From Azolla caroliniana (lineage: Eukaryota > Plantae > Polypodiophyta), in the NCBI GenBank assembly GCA_043228905.1, contig JBHGNT010000001.1:22444001-22508000 (forward strand): a stretch of DNA of 64,000 nucleotides. The letters run 5' to 3'. Below, in pieces: positions 49,967 to 61,640 of the stretch. Position 1 is the stretch's first letter; each line of letters begins with the position of its first letter. The translations under genes were made by a program, and so were the position numbers. The notes under the pieces are model-generated. The model was not told where the DNA came from, did not search any database, and worked only from the letters and a program-made list of their open reading frames with translations.

Positions 49967-52900
49967 TGTTAGGAAATTGGTCCCTCCGGATGGGATCTGG
50001 ATGAGAACCGAAGGAAGCAGATCTGGAAGGGTTCCAAATGATACCCAGAAACCGGATGGATCTGGTGCAAACCGAATCGAAGGACATATGTGTAAATATG
50101 TTTCATGGTTAGCCTATTGAGGTTATATTTGTAAATAGCCCAAAATTCATATAAGTATAAATATGACTTAGGGCAATCACTTTGTGTATGTGGTGTAGAA
50201 GTGGTTATTGTTAGATGTTGTATATTGTTGTACACAGAGTGTGAGAAAGCGAGAGAGAGAGATACAGAACTAGTTTCTGTTGTAACCACTGATGGGCAAA
50301 GACATAGAGCTCGAGGTCATTTCCTCAGAGTCTCACATTGTATTCCTCCCCTCGTAGTGATAGTTGGAGTCTGTGGGCTCCTGTGGTTTTTCCCATTTAG
50401 GGTTTTCCACATTAACATTTTGTGTCATCTCAGTTTTAGTTTGTTCTCTTCTATTCCTTGTTGATTATTCGGTTGTGGCCAAGGGTTATTTCCGCACAAA
50501 CTGGTATCAGAGCGAACAAGAAAATGGAAGAGTCATTCGGAAGTATGTTCAAGCTCACCAGCTCTAACTACCCAGTACAGTTCGGGGACAAGAAACCGTA
50601 TAAGATCGATGTCGTGAAATGGGAGGTGATGCACATGAACACAACGGCATAGATACGGTGCTTCATCGACATGAGCCTCTATAGCAACTTCAATGAAGAA
50701 AGTGTGGCTCATGTGCTATAGGAAAAAATTGGCACCATGCTAGAGAGTAAAAACGTAGTAAATCAGGTTTCGGTATTCCGAAAGTTAGTGAGACTCCGGT
50801 ACTAGGACGGATCCAGCATGGCGGAGCACATGAATGCATTTCAGGGGCTTATAAATCAAACAACTTCGCTTGAAGTACCTCTGTCCAAAGAGGTACTTGC
50901 ATTGCTCTTGTTCGGTTCCCTCCCAGATAGTTGGAAGACGTTGGTTGTCACTTTGGGCAACGCCGGGCCGGAAGGAAAGCAGTTGTCCCTAGCAAGGGTA
51001 AAATCAGGCTTGCTAGATGAAGAAGCTCGCCGGAAGGACCGGGAATCCGGAACCGACCTGAAGGCCTTGGTTGCGGAAGATGACCATAACCGGGGGAGAA
51101 ACCGGTACCGAAGTCCCCAGAACTAGGAAAAGTCGGGGACAAGGTCGAAGTCAAGGGGGAGGCCTACTTGCTTCTATTGTGGGAAGCCAGGGCACTTCCA
51201 GAAAAACTGTCGGCATTTCCGGAAAGAGAAAGGAACCGACAGTGCTTATTAGAAGAAGGGTTCAGACCGGAACGGTTTGGACCGGAAGGGCTCGGATCGG
51301 AAGGGTACGTCGGCAATTGCGACAAGTGAAGAAGAACTGTTACTCATCACCGAGGAGAAGGAGTTAAACCTTGTTGGCCACGAGACAACGTGGGTTGTCG
51401 ATTCCGGAGCATCGTTCTACTTGACACCGAACCGCAGATGTGTTGTTGACGACATCAACCGGATGCAAGTTATTGTTGAAGGATGTGTGGCACGTTCCGG
51501 AGGTTTGGTTGAACCTGATATCAGCCGGTTAGCTAGATAATAAAGGCTACACGGGTAGCATCCGGAACGGAGTCATGAAATTCAGCAAGGGAAGCCTGAT
51601 TGTGCCTCAAGCCCGAGAAATAAACACATTGTACCTGATGCATGCCCGGATATGCCAGGAAGAAGTGAACGTAGCATCCGACACTGCCAATGAGTTGTGG
51701 CACAAGAGACTGTGTCATATGAGCCAGAAGGGGATGAGAAGACTTGCCGTAGACAACCTCATTCTGGAGGTGAAAGATGTGCATCTTGCGAAGTGCACCG
51801 ATTGCTTGGCCGGCAAGCAAAACCGAACCTCGTTTTGGTCAAGACCACCAATGAGACGGAATGCACCACTGGAGCTGGTGCATACCGATGTGTGTCAAAT
51901 GGACATGAAGTCACATGCCGTATCACAGTACTTCGTGACATAAATAGACGACCACAACCGGAAGCTGTGGGTCTCACCATTGAAGACGAAAGATCAGGTG
52001 TTGTCGGTCTTCAAGGAGCTCCATGCAAGATTGGAAAGAGAAACCGGGCGAAAGTTGAAGGTGGTTCGAGCAGATAACGGAGGAGAATACCGGGGGCAGT
52101 TTGAGGAGTACTATCAGTCGAAGGGAATCCAGCTCAAATTCACAGTGTTGAAGACGCCGGAACTAAACAGGCTGGCTGAACGGATGAACCGGACCATAAT
52201 GGAGAGAGTCTGAAGCATGCTAGCACATGCAAAGTTACCCAAGACATTTTGGGTTGAGGCGCTGTTGACGACAATGTACGTGATTAGCAGGTCACCCTCG
52301 GCACCCTTAGAAGGAGACACACCACAGAGAGTATGGACCAGTAAAGACATGTCTTCCCGGCATCTGAAGGTGTTCAGGTGTCTTGCATATGTTCATGTTG
52401 CAAAGGACAAGAGAGAAAAGTTGGATCCTAAATCCCGGCCCTGCATATTCCTTGGATACGGCGATGATGAGTTCCGCAGTCGGGACATAGTCTTAGTGGA
52501 AGACAGGATCATTGCCGACTGGGAGTCAAAGAAGAAGGTGATGAACTCCGGATCATTCAATGAAAACCGACCTGAGGACACAAGGACTTACCCGGTTGAA
52601 AACCGGATGTTAGTTGGTAACCGGATGACACTCGACGAACCGTCCAGATTCAGACAAGAAACCGAACCGACCAAAGAAGAAGAAGACACTTGAACTAGAC
52701 AAGATCCCGAATCGGATGAGGATGAGGAACAAACCGAGGAACCGATAGTCAGAAACCAAGGACGAAAATACCCTCTCAGAGAGAGAAGAGACCCCTGGAG
52801 ATTTCTGGATGCAGAGCACTTATTGTTGACCGATGAGGGGGAGCTAGAAAGCTTCGAAGAAGCAACGAAAGACACCCACAGCCACAAGTGGTTGAGTGCC

Positions 52901-54758
52901 ATGCAGGACGAGATGGATTCCATGCATGAGAACCACATACGAACTGACAAAATTGCTGAAAGGAAAGAGGGCACTCCGGAACAAGTGAATGTAGAAGCTA
53001 AAACCAGGAGACACCAGAAATCCACCGAGTTACAAGGCCCGGGTCGTGGTGAAGGGTTTCCAACAGAAGAAAGGAATGGAATTAGATGAGATCTTTTCCC
53101 CGGTTGTAAACAAGATATCCATCCAGACGATATTGAGGATAGTGGCAAGCATGAACCTTGAGGTAGAGCAACTGGACGTCAAGACGGCATTCCTACATGG
53201 CAACCTCGAAGAAGAGATCTACATGCATCAACCAGAAGGATTTGAGAAGAAAGGAAAGCAGCACCTGGTGTGCCGGCTGAAGAAGAGCTTATACGGATTG
53301 AAGCAAGCCCCACGGCAATGGTACCGGAAGTTTGATTCCTTCATGACGGATCAAGGGTACCACAAGATGCAAGCTGATGACTGCGTGTTTGTGAAGAAAT
53401 TTGACGTAGGAGATTTCCTGATATTTCTCCTGTACATGGATGACGTGTTGATCGTCAAACGAGACCAAGTCAAGGTATGAATGCTGAAGAAGGCCCTAAA
53501 CCAGACCTTCTCAATGAAAGACTTGGGTCCGGCAAGACAGATTTTGGGGATGCACATCATCTGGGACCAGTCGAAGAAGTTGTTGTGGTTATCACAGAAG
53601 AAGAACATGACAAAGGTGTTTCAATGGTTCAACATGTTGGAGGCAAAACCAATCGGATCTAAACTTCCGGAAAACTGCAAGCTATCCAGAAAATGAAGCC
53701 CAAAGACGAAGGCAGGGAAGACGGATATGATGAAGGTACCATATGCCTCTGCTATCGGAATTCTAATGTATGCAATGGTGTGCACCCGGCCGGATATCGG
53801 ATCTGGAGTCGGAGTGCTGAGTCGGTTCATGAGCAATCCGGGAACAGTACACTAGAACGCGGCCAAATGGATACTCCAGTATCTAAAGGGCACCTCGAGT
53901 ATGTGCCTCCGGTTTGGCTCCAATAAGCCCCAACTTGACAGATTCACGGATTCGGATATGTCAGTTGATGCAGGTACCAGCCGGTCTACATCCGGATATG
54001 TCATGACTTATGCAAGGGGAGTTGTATCATGGCAGTCGAGGTTGCAGAAGTCCATTGCACTGTCGACAACGGAAGCAAAGTACATGGTAGTTGTGGAAAC
54101 CTGCAAGGAGATAATCTAGATGGACTTCATCGGAGAGATAGGGATCCGGCGAGAGGAATTCTGGCTCTACTGCGACAGTCAAAGTGCCATCCACCTTGCG
54201 AAGAATGCGGCCTCCCATTCCTAGACGAAGCACATCCAGCGGAGGTATCACTGGATCCAAGAGAGAGTAGAAGATCGAGACTTTGTGCTGACAAAGATCC
54301 ACACGAAGGAGAACAGATCAGATATGCTGACCAAGGTGCTGTCAACAGACAAACTGGACACGTGCCGGAAACGGAGCGGATTAACGAGAAATCCCATGCG
54401 TGAAGGGGGATTTTGTTAGGGATTCGGTCCCTCCGGATGGGATCTGGATGAGAACCAGAGGAGCCGGATCGGGGGGGGGAGAGAGATATAGAAAGCCTTT
54501 CTATTGTAACCACCGGTTGGCGAAGGTATAGAGCTAGAGGCCATAGCCTCTGAGTCTCCTATTGTACCCCAATCTCTTATAGTGATAGTTCGAGTCAATG
54601 GGCTCTCGTGGTTTTTCCCTATTAGGGTTTTCCATGTAAACATCCTATGTCCTCTCTGTTGTCTATGTAAGTGTATTTATCTCCATTTCTGTTTTGTTCT
54701 TCCATTGAGTTTAAGACTTGGTTGTTGCCAAACGCTATTATGCGCACTATAGAAATTC
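49967..54758 (+). mobile_element. Degenerate copia I with dissimilar LTRs
   Basis: 5' LTR 49967-50498. PBS-Met 50502-50513. gag-pol remnants 50525-54403. PPT 54402-54410. Internally deleted 3' LTR from 54414. No TSD found. Confidence 0.88.
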
Positions 54759-54759
54759 G

Positions 54760-55112
54760 GACGGTGAAAGAGGACGCAGTCGTGCAAGAAGAGGCCAATT
54801 CAGCCAAAGAAGAAATGGCCATCACAACCACTCTCACTTTCCACAAGAAAGAAGGAATACCCATGGAGCGTTCGGCAAAAGGAGGAGCTCTCATGCTTGA
54901 CCAAGCTGTCAATATAATTTCATTGAATGCGGATATTGTGGCAAAGTCGGCCATCATGGAGGAGTGTCAAAAGAAGAATATTGGGTCGGCATCTACAAGC
55001 TAAAAACTCACCAATTATGCTACCAACTCTGATTATGAAGGATTATGGTGGGATATTTTTTATGAGGCATAGAGTGAAGTCTATGTCAATCTCCAACCCG
55101 AACAACACCTCA
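54760..55112 (+). pseudogene. gag: Copia J gag C-terminus (D-related), host of T
   Basis: ECGYCGKVGH knuckle followed by FFMRHRVKSM..NNTS. Confidence 0.75.
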
Positions 55113-55134
55113 TGTCGAGACTCGTGAGTGGGGG

Positions 55135-55182
<48 letters not shown>

Positions 55183-55312
55183 AAGAAATGGAAATGAGAT
55201 TATATTATGAGGAAACAAGGTTACAAAGAGTAGGCTAAGGGCTAAAGACTAGTGTTGAACCGAATGAGTTGTGATGAATGAATAAACACCTATTTATAGG
55301 TCCTTATGGAGT

Positions 55313-55395
55313 ATTCTAGAATGTTCTAGAATATTTTAGATATTTATGATATTTAATATAATCATGGAATATCCTAGAATGTTCTAGAATACTCT
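55313..55395. promoter_or_regulatory. Heat-shock-element arrays in the T 3' LTR (also 60456-60538 in the 5' LTR)
   Basis: aTTCt-aGAAt-gTTCt-aGAAt at 55313-55332 and a second array at 55366-55395. Confidence 0.75.
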
Positions 55396-55439
55396 GAATA
55401 TTTTGTAATAACTAATAATATATTTATTATAACCCTAAA

Positions 55440-58400
55440 CCCCCCTTTTCGTCGACGAGTTCCACGAGTCGGAAGACAAGATTTCGGACTTCGCTTATGG
55501 GAATATTTTTTGTGAAATGCAGCAACCATTCTGGAGGCATTAACAAGATTCTCAAGAGGTTCCCATGTTTGATCATTAGGTGTATAACCTAGCCAGTCAA
55601 CCAAATAATACAGTTTGTTGCGAACGATCTTGGAGTTGAGAATAGCAGCAACTTCATATTCAGAGCCATCCGAAACTTCGATTGGAAGTGGGGGAGATGT
55701 AAGACGACCTGGAATAGAGTTGGTTGTGTAGGGCTCCAAAAGAGAAACATGGAAGACCGAGTGAAGATGCCACATCATGGATCTTACCTAATATCACATA
55801 TGGGCCAAAACATTGATAATCCAATTTGCAGCAAGGTTGGGTTGTTTTAATGCGACCTTGTAAAAGCCATACTCGACCTCCCACTTGAAACGTAGTCAAT
55901 GAATCACATCGATGACGGTCGGCAACCTTCTTTTGAGTGTTTTGAGCATCACAAAATGGTGCAAAAGGATATCTTGAACTTCTTGGAGTCGGGTGAGCCG
56001 ATCTTCAACAGCCGGGTTTGTTGGGAGTTCGGGATGTTCAAGCATAGTCCAACGAGGATGGTACCCAATGTTTGTAAAAAATAGGGAATATCTAGTAGAA
56101 GAATGTTCTAAGTTGTTGTAAGAAAATTCCGCCAAATGTAATAGATCAACCCAATCATCTTATCGATAGTTGACAAAACAACAGAGATATTGTTCTATTG
56201 TTTGGTTGGTGCGCACACTCTGCCTGTTAGTTTCTAGATGGTAGCCAGAAGAGAGTTTGCAAGAAGTATGTAAGAGTTTGAACATGTGCCGCCAAAATTT
56301 TGAGATGAACTGGGGACCCCAATCATTGATAATATCATCGAGAAGACCATGATGCCGAAACACCTCTCGCATAAGTAACTCGGTTGTCTCTTGGCTCATA
56401 ATGGCCTTTGTGTAGGGAAGAAAATGTGTCATCTTGGTAAAACGATCTACTACCGTGAGAATAGAATCAAAACCCTTGGAAGGTGGTAGATCTGTAATGA
56501 AGTCCAATGAAATAGATTTCCATGGACTCTCAGGAATAGGCATTGGTTGTAATACGCCATATGGATGATGTCGAGGTTTTTTGGATCGGCAACATGTATC
56601 ACAACTACGAACATAATCCATAACAAAAGGACGAAGTCATGGCCACCAATACCTTCAAGAAATTACCGCCAAAGTCTTGTGGATGCCGAAATGTCCAGCC
56701 ATTAGTGTGACATGACATTGTTGCAAGACTTGGAGTCGAGAAGGACCATCAGGCACATATAAGAGATTTTGTCGAAAAAGTACACCATCATGCCAACTGA
56801 ACTGGTTGTAGTCTTCACGAGGATTTTGAGATTGTGAACAAGAAGCACGATTTGGGATAATATGGTTCAGAATGTCTTGGGCAAATTCATCAGTCTCAAT
56901 ATGCTCCCAAATGGAGTCCAGAAGACTTGAATCCCCGGGTGTGGCTATAGCATGAAATGCCATTAGTCGTACACGATCAGGACCCAAGAGGATTTGCTTC
57001 TTACTTTCAAATGTGGCCTCTCCTAGTTGAAGTTCCATATACGAACGCCGAGATAAAGCATCTTCTTTTCCTTGTTGTGTCCAAGGGTGATATAGAATTA
57101 CGAAATCAAAACGAGTTAAGAATTGCGCCCAACGAGCTTGTCAATGACTCAAGACTCGAGCACTTTGGAAGAACGTTAGATTTTTTAGATCATTATAGAC
57201 AATGATTTGTTGAGAAGAACCCTCCAAAAAATGATGCCATTGATGAAAAGAATCCACAATGGCAAGAAGCTCTTTATCGTGAATCTCATAGTTGATTTCT
57301 GCAGCTTCAAATTTCCGTGAATGAAAAGCCACAGGGTGTAGTTGGCCATCATTGCTAATCTGGGATAATACGCTTCCTAGTGTGAAGTGTGTAGTTGGCC
57401 ATCATTGCTAATCTGGGATAATACGCTTCCTAGTGTGAAGTCGGATGCATCAGCTTCGAGTATAAAGCACTTCAATGGATCAACACGTATCAAAATTGGT
57501 GCAGATGTAAATGCTTGCTTCAATCCTTCAAATGCAAAGTTTGCATTTATACTCCACACAAATGGTCGATTCTTTTGTGTCAATTGAGTGAGGGGCAATA
57601 CGATCTTTGAATAATCTTTGATGAACTTCCGATAAAAGTTTGCGAACCCCAAAAAACATTGTACATCTCGCACAGACGGTGGTGTTTGCCACTCCAAAAC
57701 TGTTTGAACCTTTGTTGGATCCATAGAGATGCCATGTGAAGAGACTATGTACCCCAAAAATTCCACTTGCCGCTAGTCGAAATTACACTTCTCTAATTTT
57801 GCATAGAGACCATATTCACGCAATCGTTGCAAAGCTTGTCAAACATGTATATCATGATCCTCTTGAGTTTTTGAATAGATCAAGATATCATCCAAGTAAA
57901 CTATGACGAAAATATCGAGGAAATCTCGAAAAATGTCATTCGCCATATGTTGGAAAACTGTTGGTGCATTCGTGAGACCAAATGGCATCACTGTATACTC
58001 AAAATGGCCATAGCGAGTACAGAAAGCAGTTTTCCATTCATCCTCAGGACGAATTCGAACAAGGTTGTAACCACCTCAAAGATCTATATTTGTGAAATAC
58101 TTAGCTCCACTGAGGCATTCCAAAAGGCTCGAAATCAATGGTAGAGCATATCGGTTTCGAATAGTTACTTTATTCAATCCTCGATAGTCCATGACTAGAC
58201 GAGCGACAATCTTTCTTCTTAATGGAAAATATGGGTGCATCAGCAAGAGATCTTGAATGTTGGATAAACCCATTTGCCAAGTTCTCATCAATATATTCTC
58301 GAAGAATCTCTAGCTCCGTGGGCGAAAGGTTATAAATTGGCCCCCATGGAGGCTCTTTTCCGGGCTGCAAATCAATCGGGCAATCATATGGTCGATGCTC

Positions 58401-60196
58401 TGGTAGTCTATTGGCCTTCACCTTATCCAACACATCGGAGAATTCTATATATTTCTTCGGTAGTTGGACCCCTGATTCTTGTGAGCTCGATGTGGGAGTT
58501 GCTAAAATTCTGAACACCAACATATGTCTTCCTTTTGTCCTTCCTCACGTAACTGATGTATAGAGATTGTTAAAAACTTTTTGAATGTCATATCCTTTGT
58601 TGGAGTTTTACGAGACTCAGACTATATTATGACCTCTTCAATGGTTCTTTTTCTCCAATCAATAGTTGGGTTATGTAGCTCAAACCATGGAAGATGAAGA
58701 ACGAGACAGTGCTTTGGACTACTAATGATGTTGAATGAGATGACACTAACCAAATTGCCTAGGATTACACGAATTGGTTCAGTCTCTTCAACTATATCAC
58801 CTGATGCTATGGGGTGTCCATCAATGACTCTGATAGACACTAGGCTTGGGAGCTTATGCAACTGAATATTATGCATTATAGCAAACTCAGATCCATGAAA
58901 CAAGAGTTGGCTCCAGAGTTTAAGAGGGCAGAAGTTGGGACTCGATGGCACCTAGATGTGTTAAGCTCAACTTGTGTAGAGAAAACTCGACTAACTTGAC
59001 CGGATGAAATAGAACCACAACTAGGGACGGATGTTATATGCCTAGGGTTGTCCAACCAAATGACTCCGATTTTGGCCGGACTTACTCGTTTAACACATCA
59101 TCTAATTGGCTCAAGATATCAAATGTATTTTTATGATAGGGACTACTAGGCCTACTTGGGTTACGAGAAGGCGGGGCAGAAATTGAGATGGGATTGTCAC
59201 AAGCACTTACTTGGTTAACTTGTTGTCGTGGTTTATGTGAACAATTCATATCAATATGCCCTGGACCACCACAATAGAGGCATAGACGATTCGCTCGCCG
59301 TCATTGCTTTTCAGCATCCGATCATGGTCCTCGACGTCGTGTTGTCTCGATTTCCATTGGAGTAGAGCCTTCCACCAAACTTGACTTTGATACTTGGGGT
59401 GGAGTTGCGACCACCGAATCATATGTTTCTGTTGGTCGGAAGCATAACATTTGTTGGCGCTCAGAACGCCGCTCAAATAAGCGATTGTCACATCACACGG
59501 CTTGGATTACTGCTTCAGTAAGAGATTTTGGATCATCATGGAAGGTAAGAAGTAAATCCTTCACATCATTGAGCAGACCTTGAAGAAATTGGTCCATTAA
59601 CTCCGCCTCGTCCCATGGAATATCACATGCTAGAAGGCGAAAATCTGCAGCATAAGCGGAAGCAGGACGATCTCCTTGTCGTAATCGCCGAATTTTGTTT
59701 ATTGCAGTCCTCATACTATCGGTGTCTCCAAAGTTGGCTTGGAACTCGCTAATAAACCCTTCAAAATCTTCTAATAATGGTGAGTGCTTCTCTAGGAGTT
59801 GTGCAAACCACGCTATTGCGGTACCTGTTAACAAGGTACCAACTAGCCCCATGCGAGCAACATCAATTGGGTAACGGCTACGATGCAATTTAATCATAAA
59901 CCATACCTGATTTAAAATTCCACGAAATTGAGACCTTGTACCATCAAACTTGGCCGATAGACAAATCTTTGGTTCTTTCGATGAAGTTTGAACTTCCACC
60001 GCTTGTCGTTGCAATAGAGAAGCCTCCAATTAATGCACCCATTGAGATAACTCTTCAAATTGTTGTACCTTCTCAGTACTTGTTGTAGGTCGCCTAGCAA
60101 TCTTTGATTTTCTTGCTCCAGGGCCACAAATTTGGTTGTTAGCATATCAAGTTCGAAGAGAATGCGCATATATTCTTGCTTGTTGACAGACTCCAT
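55440..60196 (-). pseudogene. gag-pol: gag-pol of T with a C-terminal chromodomain
   Basis: KFDGTRSQF gag. [34 protein letters not shown] RNase H. ISLDFITDLP integrase. YEVAAIL..YLVDWLGY..TWEP chromodomain. Confidence 0.92.
57336..57441. repeat. 53-bp perfect tandem duplication in RNase H of T
   Basis: 57336-57388 is identical to 57389-57441. Confidence 0.93.
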
Positions 60197-60261
60197 AGTT
60201 ACGAGAGAGATTTGCTAGATTCGCTTGAATAAGTTTAAGAGAAGGAGAAGAAGAAAAGAAG

Positions 60262-60272
60262 ATTTGGTTCAA
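60262..60272 (-). promoter_or_regulatory. Non-tRNA PBS of T (self-priming type)
   Basis: Minus strand TTGAACCAAAT is complementary to the LTR segment ATTCGGTTCAA. Confidence 0.78.
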
Positions 60273-60673
60273 ATTGTCGAGACTCGAGATTAGGGGAGAG
60301 AGAGAGAGAGAGAGAGAGAGAAGACAAGAAATGGAAATGAGATTATATTATGAGGAAACAAGGTTGCAAAGAGTAGGCTAAGGGCTAAAGACTGGTGTTG
60401 AACAGAATGAGTTGTGATGAATGAATAAACACCTATTTATAGTCCTTTATGGAGTATTCTAGAATGTTCTAGATATTTATGATATTTAATATAATCATGG
60501 AATATCCTAGAATGTTCTAGAATACTCTAGAATACTCTAAATAACTAATAATATATTTATTATAACTATACATCATATATGTTATTATAATGGTTAAAGG
60601 TCTAACATATAGACCAAGACGTCGTGGGCTCGAATCCTTGTAAAGCTAAAATGTATGTCTTCATGACACCTCC

Positions 60674-61260
60674 ATCCAGAAAATGTATGGTTCGTTGACT
60701 CTGACATGTCCAATCACATGACATTCCATAAAGAATGGTTTTGTGAGTTGCGAACACCCAATCATCCCGGCTATGTGAAAACAAGGGATGACACTATTCA
60801 CCCCATTCAACATGTCAGCAATGTCCCATTCGAGAAAGACAGTGATCAGACCTACATTAAAAATGTATTGGCATATTCCAACTATAACAAATTTTTTATT
60901 CTCGATTGGCCAAATTGTGGAACAAGGCATGCAAGTTCTTTCAACCACGGAGGCTTCTTCATTGAGAAGAAAAACTCACTCATCACTTGTAGACAAAGAG
61001 AGCGCCGAATGTTCATTCTCGACAATCACAAGATGAAATCGGCTATGTTCGCGACGGGGTACAAAGCCGACACAAACATTGAGTTGTGGCACAAGGGAAT
61101 CCGCCACATCAATCTCCAAAACCTCTAGAGCATGCAGTCGAAAGGAGTCGTGATCAAACTCCTGACTTTCAAAGAAAAGGAGATCCCAACAGTATGTAAA
61201 GCCTACCAATTCGGCAAATAACATCAGCACCCATTTCTGAAAGAGAGGAACATGAGTAGC
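60674..61260 (+). pseudogene. pol: Copia J protease/pre-integrase fragment
   Basis: VWFVDS..SNHMT..ELWHKGIRH. Confidence 0.85.
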
Positions 61261-61261
61261 A

Positions 61262-61640
61262 GGTCAGATCGTAAATCTATGAGAAAGATGAACAGAAATA
61301 GACAACGTGAAAACAGAAAATATACACAGAATGCATAGTACACACAGTTTTACATGGAAACCCTAAACAAGGGAAAACCACGGGCAACATAGAATCACTA
61401 TATCAGAGATGTACAAGGGAGAGAACTGATTACAACACTCTATGTCAAAGTGTATCAGCCACACAGGGCTTTTGGCGTCTATTATTACACAACTATGGTG
61501 CCGCTCACTCATGCGCTCTCTCACTCTCTCTGTTTCACACTATCATTATGTTTTGCACCACACTTATTGTAAAGTTTTCCCTGGGTGTATTTATACTCAT
61601 ACACAGTATGCGCTATTTACAAATATAGTTGCTATTATTT
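61262..61640 (-). repeat. Partial LTR of the A-lineage type
   Basis: GGAAACCCT..AGGGAAAACCACG U5 motif plus TATTTATAC and GCTATTTACA motifs. Confidence 0.7.

Larger units (their letters stand above)
55113..60668 (-). mobile_element. Ty3/gypsy chromovirus T (Tcn1/Tf1-like), degenerate
   Basis: LTRs 55113-55434 and 60275-60668. PPT 55440-55451. TSD CCTCA/CCTCC. Order gag-PR-RT-RH-INT-chromodomain. Confidence 0.92.

Noticed and set aside
54671-55003. Possible captured host gene (110-aa ORF)
   Set aside because: Other frames show a copia gag zinc knuckle that continues into protease after T.
55137-55178. (GA)n, (CT)n, (TG)n and (GTT)n microsatellites
   Set aside because: These are ordinary LTR leader tracts with slippage variation.
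60581-60648. Functional tRNA-Met gene
   Set aside because: No convincing acceptor or D stem and a non-canonical anticodon loop. Kept only as a tRNA-like module.
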